This document shows positions 54,031-64,000 of a stretch of DNA of 64,000 nucleotides, in pieces. Below the pieces are notes generated by a model, which did not search any database, was not told the DNA's origin, and saw only the letters and a list, made by a program, of their open reading frames with translations. The stretch is from Octopus bimaculoides (lineage: Eukaryota), in the NCBI RefSeq assembly GCF_001194135.2, contig NC_068988.1:66078153-66142152 (forward strand). The letters are read 5' to 3'. How positions within the stretch are numbered: position 1 is the first letter of the stretch; every line of letters starts with the position of its first letter. Position numbers and translations under genes: made by a program.

Positions 54031-55789
54031 TTTACTTTGACTTCATTAGCTTACAGCTGTTTCGCACCCATAGTTTAGTACCTAAATTACACCTTATTGC
54101 TCCATCAAAGCTTTGAATATGCTAATGAAGCTAATAAAGTCCATAAGATAATCATTCTTTGTCAGCTCTGTTTCTTATTACCGATTCTTAGTCGGCCAAC
54201 ATTTCGTTCTGAAACTTAAGTATATTAAGTTCTACACCTGGTTATTACTCTCGAAATGCCAAAGCGAAATATATATATATGTATATANNNNNNNNNNNNN
54301 NNNNNNNNNNNNNNNNNNNNNNNNNNNNNNNNNNNNNNNNNNNNNNNNNNNNNNNNNNNNNNNNNNNNNNNNNNNNNNNNNNNNNNNNNNNNNNNNNNNN
54401 NNNNNNNNNNNNNNNNNNNNNNNNNNNNNNNNNNNNNNNNNNNNNNNNNNNNNNNNNNNNNNNNNNNNNNNNNNNNNNNNNNNNNNNNNNNNNNNNNNNN
54501 NNNNNNNNNNNNNNNNNNNNNNNNNNNNNNNNNNNNNNNNNNNNNNNNNNNNNNNNNNNNNNNNNNNNNNNNNNNNNNNNNNNNNNNNNNNNNNNNNNNN
54601 NNNNNNNNNNNNNNNNNNNNNNNNNNNNNNNNNNNNNNNNNNNNNNNNNNNNNNNNNNNNNNNNNNNNNNNNNNNNNNNNNNNNNNNNNNNNNNNNNNNN
54701 NNNNNNNNNNNNNNNNNNNNNNNNNNNNNNNNNNNNNNNNNNNNNNNNNNAAATGGAAGATAACACGGTTGCTATAGAAAAATGAAAGGGAGAGAGGTAT
54801 GAAAGGAGAGAAGCCTAGTTGGATAGAGAGAAAAAATAAGTGGGGTAGAGAAAGTAATTCGTTGAAGTACGACATGTAGTAAGCGTAGTATGAGAAGCAC
54901 TTTGGTGTCCGGTTGATTCTCTCATGTAAGCAGCAAGAAAATTCGTTGTTGATTTTTGTTTTATCTTCCAAATTATTTGATATTTATATCTTAGTATATT
55001 AATTATGTTTTTCTTATTTAGAAAAAAATTACGGATATTATGATCAATCATGTTTTACTTAGAATAACTCATTTGTGTTGCTTCATTGTAAAAAATACCT
55101 GCTAGAAAACGTGAAAAGTTATAACATTTTTTCAATCGAGTGTAACTATCACATTTCAGATTTTTACGAGTCACAAGTTTTAGAACTTGTGATTATGTAA
55201 GTTTTATAAAGCTAACTACAATAATAAATTATGATAATGTGATATGGTAATGTTATATTTGAATGATTTTTTTTACAAGGTTAATGCATGATATCATTCC
55301 GTATATAATGCTATATCTGATTTTATAGAGCAGTGCCAAATCCGTCTTTCATGTTGGAATTATTGGCGCAATAAATAATAATACTATATGCAGATACGAT
55401 CAAGTCATGTATAATTTGACAAAAATACACACTGCAAGTTTCTTAGCACAGTTTTACTAATGAGAACATATAAACTGACGCAGATAAAATCACTTAGTAT
55501 GGCTTGATACAAACGGAATTATTTAATGGTTTCAATCAGTATTGATACATACTCATCAGTGTAGACACAGTACTATCTACTTTTGGTTTCACTTCTCATT
55601 CTTTGACAATAATGAAAAAGATAACACCCGTAATATAACATAGCTATGTGCCTGCTTACATACGGCCTGGATATGAAATAGTGCCATGGGCAGTTACACG
55701 TGTATGACGGGAAATCAAATATATATTGCAGTCCGCTTCACAAAAGCATGGCTCTAGATTCGATACACTGAACTGCAAACAACCTTCGT

Positions 55790-56751
55790 ATATCGTATTC
55801 AAGTCTAAAGTCGAAGCGACTCAAAACATACACTCAGTTTATGGGAAAGAATGCTTGAATGAAAGAACTTGCAGAAGATGGTTTGCAAAATTCAGAAGTG
55901 GAAATTTTAGCCTTGAAGATGAAGCTCGAACAAGACGTCCAGTTGAGTTTGATGAAAAGCTCCTTGACGCATTACCTGAAGAAAATCCTGCATTATCAGT
56001 TGCAGAATTGGCAATAAAGCTTAGTCCAAACCATACAACTGTTCATCGTCATCTTCAACAACTTGGAAAGATTCCTAAACTAGGAAAATGGGTGCTTCAT
56101 GAATTGTCCGAAAGCAACCGAAAATCTCGAGGTGACATCGGCTCTTCTCTCCATTCTCGCGAACTCATTTCACCCTTTTTGGATAGACTTGTGACTGGTG
56201 ATAAAAAATGGACCTTCTATCGAAATATTAAACGCCGTAAACAGTGGCTTGGTAAAAGGGAAAAAGCTCAACCACAACAGAGAAGAGAAATTCACGGAAA
56301 AAAGTTTCTTCTCTCTATCTGGTGGCATTGCAAAGGAGTAATTCATGTTTAATTGTTACCACGTAATGCAACAATCAATGCTGAAGTCTACTGTCAGCAA
56401 TTAGAGTGTTTGAACCAAGTTTTGAAGAAAAAAAGATCGGCTTTAGTAAATCGAAAAGGAGTGATGTTTCATCAGGACAATGCACGACCCCACACACCAA
56501 AGATCACATCACAGAAAATTGAAGAGCTTGGTTGAGAAAAAATTCCTCATCTACCTTAATCTCCCGACCTTGCTCCTTCAGATTACCATTTGTTTCGTAG
56601 TTTACAGAATCATGTGGTGGGGGTCATAACTTTGGCAAGCCAGGGGGAGGTCGAAACTGACATTTCAGAATTCTACGCTTTGAAGCCAAAATAGTTTTAC
56701 ATTGATGGGATTAAAAAGCTTGTAAATAGATGGAAGGATGTCATAGATAAT
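55790..56751 (+). mobile_element. Mariner (DD34D) transposase pseudogene, 5'-truncated, running into an assembly gap
   Basis: ERTCRRWFAKFRSGNFSLED HTH; GKWVLHEL (WVPHEL); VTGDKKW; HQDNARPH; P*SPDLAPSDYHLF with 34 residues between the 2nd and 3rd Asp; in-frame stops at about 56350, 56533, 56557 and 56692. Confidence 0.93.
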
Positions 56752-56876
56752 NNNNNNNNNNNNNNNNNNNNNNNNNNNNNNNNNNNNNNNNNNGTATGTA
56801 TGTATGTATGTAAATATATATATATATGTGTATATGTGTGTGTGTGTGTGTGTGTGCGTGCGCGTGTGTGTCTTTA

Positions 56877-57700
56877 TGTGTCTCAAACATTCCTTTCTCG
56901 TAGTGTAATCATATTAATTAGTTCAGTACAGAATTTTATAATATCTTGGGCATGTGTCTTCTACTATATCCTCGGGCCGACCAAAGCCTTGTGAGTGGAT
57001 TTGGTAGCCGGAAACTTAAAGAATCCCGTCGTATATATATGTGTGTGTGTGGGTGTGGGTGTGTGTGTGTGCGTGAGCGTGTGCGTGCGTGCAGGTCTGT
57101 GTGTGTGTGCGTGTGCGTTTGTGTGTCTGTGTTTGTGTCCCCAACATTGCTTGACAACCGATGCTTGTGTGTTTAAGTCCCCGTAACATAGCGGTTCGGC
57201 AAAAGAGATCGATAAAATAAGTACTAGGCTTCTAAAAATTAAGTCCTGGGGTTGATTTACTCGCTTAAACGCGGTACTGCAGCATGGTGACAGTCAAATA
57301 ACTGAAACAAGTAAAAAAGAGTTTATATATANNNNNNNNNNNNNNNNNNNNNNNNNNNNNNNNNNNNNNNNNNNNNNNNNNNNNNNNNNNNNNNNNNNNN
57401 NNNNNNNNNNNNNNNNNNNNNNNNNNNNNNNNNNNNNNNNNNNNNNNNNNNNNNNNNNNNNNNNNNNNNNNNNNNNNNNNNNNNNNNNNNNNNNNNNNNN
57501 NNNNNNNNNNNNNNNNNNNNNNNNNNNNNNNNNNNNNNNNNNNNNNNNNNNNNNNNNNNNNNNNNNNNNNNNNNNNNNNNNNNNNNNNNNNNNNNNNNNN
57601 NNNNNNNNNNNNNNNNNNNNNNNNNNNNNNNNNNNNNNNNNNNNNNNNNNNNATGTGTGTGTGTGTATGTATATATATATGTATGTATGTGTGTATGTGG

Positions 57701-57733
<33 letters not shown>

Positions 57734-58325
57734 CATAATGTATAATATGTGCATACATGTATATCTGCGTATATATGTATAGAGATAAATAACACTGGAA
57801 CGTGATTAATAACAGAATTGTATCGGGTGGACATGGGTGCGACCTCCGTCTTAATTTAAATATCTTTGATAGTATTGCAAGAATAGGAATGCATAAAACC
57901 ATGTTCAACTGATTGTTCATTCTGTTCAACGGCCGCTTGGCATCGATTATGGAAATCCATAAATCAGATATACTTGAATGATTTAGTTTGACCAGTAAAG
58001 ACCGGTTCAGACAGTTCTATAAGATGTTCATATTTTACGGTTGTATTTTTCTCTGACACGTCTATCTCTATTAAAGGTAACTTTGACTAATGTGACTACA
58101 GCTAAATTACATTCGACATCACTATAAATATTGTGTTCTTCAATTTATTGCTAATGTTATTGTATTCATAAAAATATTTAGATAATTTTCATTTTGAGCA
58201 GAAATATTTAATTTGAAAATGTGCAAGCACGACGTATTATGGAAAAGTCTTCATGTATTCATTTTGGGACAGTTTAGAAGTGAGGAACGTGGTGTAGTTT
58301 TAGACAATATACCTGGAAAATGCAG

Positions 58326-58375
<50 letters not shown>

Positions 58376-58377
58376 TG

Positions 58378-58424
<47 letters not shown>

Positions 58425-58488
58425 CCAAACATTTATTTCTCGTAGTGTAATCATATCAATTAGTTCAGTACTGAATTTTATAACATAT
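56877..58488. repeat. Direct repeat of about 70 bp at 56877-56945 and 58420-58488
   Basis: caaacatt(cc/ta)tttctcgtagtgtaatcatat(t/c)aattagttcagtac(a/t)gaattttataa in both. Confidence 0.85.
56945..57322 (+). mobile_element. SINE family B, 5'-truncated, with middle module and tail
   Basis: cttgggcatgtgtcttctactata, ggccgaccaaagccttgtgagtggatttgg, (GT)n, gcttgacaaccg, cagcatgg, actgaaacaagtaaaa. Confidence 0.85.
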
Positions 58489-59163
58489 TTTCTCATAGTG
58501 AACACTAATTCAATCGACGCCATTTATGACTATTAATAAGAAAAATTTTACTGTTACAATTTATTCACTCTGAAATATGTATGGGATGAAACGATAAAAG
58601 AATGAAAATAAGTAATAGTAAAATTGCTTGTTTTCAAATATCTTTGTTGATATCTATCGTTCTATCTATTCATGTATCTATCGTTCTATCTATTTATATA
58701 TCTATCGGTCTAACTATCAACATAATCCATGATTGATCAAACATATGACTAAGCTTTCTATAGGTGCACCACTCCTTCTTTTTACGTAATATAAAATACA
58801 TTAGACAATATCATGTTCTACGTTCAAGGTGAAAAAGGGTGATTCGGCTACTTATTTTAGCGAGTGATATCGTTTGATTCCTAAATTATTTTGAGAGGAG
58901 TTTAAAGTGATGTTAATATAAATATTCGAAGTTTGGCTGCCATCTGTAAGTCGTACATTCAGCTAATTTAGCCTATATGCAATGCAGATTTAATCTCTGA
59001 TTACGGCGTCACACTCAGTCGATGTTTATACAGTTGTCTACTTTAAAATATCTGAAATGTATTGACAAACTTCTCAGCAACACATCTGTTTTCTTTTTTT
59101 AAATTGTATCTCTTATATTTATGTCAATTGCTTAATAAATTTAGTTTCATACAATAATGGACA

Positions 59164-59364
59164 GACGTCGAGGAAACCAAAAAGAATGAGTCGAGGAAGC
59201 TGGTCGGTATCTCCAAAATGGAGTTCCAGGAATGATTCCATCAATGGAAAAGATGCTCGATAATGTGTGTGGCCTTAGAACAAGAATCCTTCGAAAGAGT
59301 TTAATTGCCAAATATGTGGTGTAGTTTTCTTTGCAGTCCCCGATACGTTTAGATCAGACTTCGT
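59164..59364 (+). mobile_element. Mariner transposase C-terminus and probable 3' TIR remnant
   Basis: DVEETKKNESRKLVGISKMEFQE*FHQWKRCSIMCVALEQESFERV* resembles mariner C-termini; ends gatcagacttcgt. Confidence 0.6.
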
Positions 59365-59389
59365 GTGTGTGTGCGTCTGTGTGTATTTG

Positions 59390-59433
<44 letters not shown>

Positions 59434-59487
59434 GACACACACACATACATACAGATAAACAGACTTATCTTTCTGACTAGCTAGCTG

Positions 59488-59574
<87 letters not shown>

Positions 59575-60408
59575 GTCTGTCTGTCTGTTTGAATGTCTGT
59601 GCATGTGTATGTACAAATGACGCTAGAGCCAGTTAGTGAGTAGAACAATAGAAAGTGGTCATGCCTACAACCTTGTATGGTGCGAGGGCGGGGTGATCAC
59701 TTCATTACTTGCATATTATACAGTATATTATATATCTTATGTTATTAAAAACAAATTGATTATAATGCTATTGCATCTCAGTGATGTGAGTCGGTGTATT
59801 CCGTAATTGTGAAAACTGTACATACCTGAGTATCAAACAGTTGTAAAACATCACAATATTATATGTTACCACAAATAAGACGGATGCACTTTAACGGTAT
59901 TAGGAACATGTCCATGAAATCACATCTTACCGCGATTTTATAACGCTATACTACCGGAGTTACAGCAGTACATATGTCCTATGTTTTTCTCTTTCTTTTT
60001 GCAAATGAACACGTAACTGATGCAGGCTGGTGGGAAATTTATACTGAAACTACAGATCTGACACGAAGAAGAAACTCTTGGGTCACGGCTGGATATAACG
60101 TGATTAAATGACCTGAAACAAGGGCAACATCATTGTCATCACCATCACCTTAGCATCAACAACAGCATTCGAAGATGTGAATATTATACAATGATTTTTT
60201 AAAATGGTGTTTTACATCGTGTAATTTTTACCAAATGATATTTGTTGTTGTTTGAGTTGCTAGAGGTGGTGGTGGTGGTGGTGGTAGTGCTGTAGTGCAA
60301 TGCACCAAAGTTGTTATCTAAAAAAAGTGAATTGTTTCTGAATTACTGTTCTGATAACAAAATATCAGGTCGCATGACTGACCTTTCTTATAGACACGCT
60401 AAACATCA

Positions 60409-60479
<71 letters not shown>

Positions 60480-61244
60480 CATACATTTATATACATATAT
60501 ATATATGTGTGTGTGTGTGTGTGTATACATGTGTTAAAATAGAATGCACAGAAGAAGCACTACAGTTTTCAACAATACACATTCACTGTTAGGAAAATAA
60601 GGAAATTTGTTTCTTAAAAAGCATGTTGGCATCTCCTCAATGGCAAAGCATTGCTCTTACACTTTTATTTGATTCTACTTTATTTCATAAAATACTTTCT
60701 CGCAACAAACATCAATACAAACATAGAATTCGAGAAGAAATCGAAGCTATAATTACGTGCCAGTGTGCATGAGTGTGAGAGAGAGTGAAGCAGAAAGAAT
60801 ATTAAGATGCAGATGTTTGTTAGTTTGTGTGTGTATTTGTGTGATTGTTTGTTGAAGTTGGTGCATTGAAGTTGGTGTATATTTGTGTATCCGATTCTAT
60901 CGATCCTTCAATTAATGTGTGCTTTACTTTTATATCCATCTCTTTAATTTGCCAGAGTTTCTAGACCGTCTATTTCCTGACCCATTGCGCTGTTTCTCCT
61001 TGCGGTAAAAAAAAAAAATGAACCAAAATCTACAGGAGGCTAACAGAATATACTTTCATTCACTCTCAGTGAAAACAACAACAAACACCTATATTGTCAT
61101 TTATTCCCGGGATGTGTATTTTTAAAGCATGAGAAATAATTGTTAGATGCGTTGACAGCAGGAAAAGTTATGAATTCATAAAATCGAAAACACATACGTC
61201 TACGCGCACACATATGCATACATACACTTATGTACACATGTACA

Positions 61245-61411
61245 TATATATTGGTCTCAAATTTTCGCAGAAGGCCAGCAGTTTTGGGGGAGGGTGACAC
61301 TATTACCCAAATTGTCCTTATTTTATCGACCCCGAAAGAATGAAAGGATAAGTCAACCTCGGCGATATTTGAACTTAGGACCGTAACGTATGAAAATACC
61401 TACATACATAC

Positions 61412-61460
<49 letters not shown>

Positions 61461-61655
61461 TTTCAAATTTTGGCACAAGGCCAGTAGGTTTAGGGGATGG
61501 GATAAATCGATTAAATCGTCATCGGTATTCGAATGGTATTTATTTTCTTGACCGCCAGAGGATCAAAGACAAACTCGACCCCTGCGGAATTTGAACGCAA
61601 AACGCAAAACGCGAAATGCACGAAACGCATTTTGCCCGGCATAGTAACGATTCTA
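61245..61655 (-). mobile_element. Two SINE family A copies separated by (AT)n
   Basis: Plus strand: ggtttcaaattttggcacaaggccag, ttttatcgaccccgaaagaatgaaagg, ttttgcccggcatagtaacgattct. Confidence 0.8.
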
Positions 61656-61736
61656 ACTATAAGGTGCTTTCGAATATACATATATCTATATTAAACGACA
61701 AACTTTCTTTCTGTCTCTGATTGTGTCTAAATATAT

Positions 61737-61804
<68 letters not shown>

Positions 61805-62792
61805 GTGTGTGAGTGTGTGTGTGTGTGTTTATGTTTCGTCCGTATTTTAATTGTCTGAATTCTTCGAAGTAGGAGGGGTTTTTTTCTAACCCGGAAGCAA
61901 AGCTCCATCGTGGGAATTTGAATAAAAACAACGAAAAGGCATTAAATGTTACTCGCTGAACTTTAGAGAAGTCTAGTTATATTTCCTGTTCTACTCACAG
62001 TTTGTATTCCTAAACCGACTGTTAGCTGTCAATTTCTGTTTTTCGTTTCTCGATTTTTCAAAATTGTCACTTGAACGTTTACTAATCTAACGATATGAAG
62101 CAATATTATTTGGTATAAATGTGAAATTATCATCAACGGAGAGAAACCACGGGTGTCAAAACAGTTGTCCATAAATATTTTCCTTCTCAATAAATGTGGA
62201 AGAACTGTTTACATCTGATGGCTATCATACCTCGTTTCTATCCAAAACACATCAAACTTGTTATATTTGCACTTGGCAGATATTTCAATAGAAATATTTC
62301 ACAAATATTCTCTTGAGTTGTTATGTGTGCAATCAATAAGAGAAGTACTGTATCTATCCCAAATTAGACTTTCTGTGGACGGCAATATGTATTTTACCCC
62401 AAAAATATAACACAGGAAAGAAAAATCATGCTGGAATAAGTTATAGTAAACTGATGACTTTTCAGTAGCATTTGAATTGTGACATAATCCATACTTGACG
62501 GTTACTCCTTTAGAGATAAAGAACTTCACTGCTTCTTTTGTGAATTAACTACTAACTATCATCTGTCTCTTCTATTCAAAATCATGACCTTCGAAATGTG
62601 ACGTAATGTAATGATCACTAGTGGAAAAGTCGGAGAGACATGCCCATGCATAATAATTTTACTGTATATAGTTTTTTTTTTCTACCATGATTTGCGTTGA
62701 AGTACGCAAGTCCTGCAATTCTAGAGTCGCATTGTGCGGTGGACATCCAGAAAAGATTTTAAATGAATAAATATTTTCTCAATTATTTAAAA

Positions 62793-63168
62793 CTAGCACT
62801 CCGTTGCTTACGACGGCGAGGGTTCCAGTTGATCCGATCAACGGAACAGCCTGCTCGTGAAATTAACGTGCAAGTGGCTGAGCACTCCACAAACACGTGT
62901 ACCTTTAACGTAGTTCTCGGGGATATTCAGCGTGACACACAGTGTGACAAGGCTGGCCCTTTGAAATACAGGCACGACAGAAACAGGAAGTAAGAGTAAG
63001 TTGTGGTGAAGGAGTACAGCAGGGTTCACCACCATCCCCTGCTAGAGCCTCGTGGAGCTTTATGTGTTTTCGCTTAATAAACACTCACAACGCCTGGTCT
63101 GGGAAACGAAACCGCGATCCTATGACCGCGAGTCCGCTGCCCTAACCACTGGGCCATTGCGCCTCCAC
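62793..63168 (-). mobile_element. Full-length tRNA-derived SINE, family D
   Basis: Minus strand: gtggaggcgcaatggcccagtggttagggcagcggactcgcggtcataggatcgcggtttcgtttccc (A/B boxes, tRNA-like head), then a body of about 300 nt ending ccgttgatcggatcaactggaaccctcgccgtcgtaagcaacggagtg. Confidence 0.85.
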
Positions 63169-63741
63169 CTTCTCAATTATATACAATAGAGAAAATTAAT
63201 TAACAAAAACAATATGCATCTGAAGTTATTCCTTTGAAAAACTTAGCTAACTAACAGTGTTTGAGTTGCACATAGATAATAACAAATGTATGTGCATTAA
63301 TCGGCCTCGAAAACGCTGTATACTAACTCTCACCATATGTAAACATTGTGTTGGCAAAATGGAAAGTAAATTCAAATAAAGATATTTTAAACTCACATTT
63401 TCTTCAGAAATATAAACAAACTTTTCCACTAAGATCTGGAGGTAAACTGAAAAATATAAACAATTTTGAGGGTTCCGTATCATTAGCAGATGATGTTAGT
63501 AAGTATGACTAGTTAACAAAAGTCTGCTGGAACATTGGTAAAATGTACCACGGCCTGGTTAAATTAAATAATATCAAGACTATTTGCCAGAAGAGCCCAC
63601 ACTCATCATAAATGACACATTTAGAAAGAACATCATGAAACTAACCAAAGGAAATAAGCTACTCATAAATATTTCTACTAATATGCACTGCGAGAATGCA
63701 TTATATCAGTATATACAACAACTTAAATTACATTAGAAAAT

Positions 63742-63872
63742 ATTGGTTTCAAATTTGGTTACAAGGCCAGCAATCTCGGGAAAGGGATAAGTTAGAACGT
63801 AAAGGAGAACGAATTGCCGCTAACCCTTTTGCCCGGCCGGCGCAGTAATGATTCTGCCAGCTCACCGGCCTG
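63742..63872 (-). mobile_element. SINE family A with internal deletion
   Basis: Plus strand: ggtttcaaatttggttacaaggccagc, ttttgcccggcc, gattctgccagctcacc. Confidence 0.75.
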
Positions 63873-64000
63873 CACGTCAGAAAATATTACGTTATAATTG
63901 TCATCGAAAGCAAAATTCATAACAAACCGTTAGAGATATACTCGTCCAAACGTTGTGCGTCATGATCAAGCATTTCCCTGGGAAATTCCTGAATTTGAAA

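Noticed and set aside
63095-63168. tRNA-like sequence on the minus strand
   Set aside because: It is the head of a SINE and continues into a 300-nt body; no complete acceptor stem.

Overview
AT-rich, non-coding, repeat-saturated animal genomic DNA from a gapped short-read scaffold; most N-gaps sit in (TA)n tracts. The microsatellite density and SINE repertoire suggest a cephalopod, probably Octopus (inference, not proven). I found no supportable host-gene exon, and most listed ORFs are microsatellite translations. Recognisable content: at least four tRNA-headed SINE families, two decayed R4/Dong-type non-LTR fragments, RTE-type LINE remnants, mariner remnants and a decayed OTU-like protease frame. 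The most notable signal is a set of hammerhead-ribozyme (HHR) motifs of the Penelope minimal type between 27.2 and 40.2 kb, in three unrelated repeat contexts. These are one near-intact HHR in an inverted pair of B-box/(AAT)n/HHR elements, two copies sharing a non-canonical CCGANGA core, and one weaker long-stem-II candidate. A 489-bp indel-free palindrome lies at 23864-24352. All alignments and folds were done by eye, so repeat boundaries are approximate.
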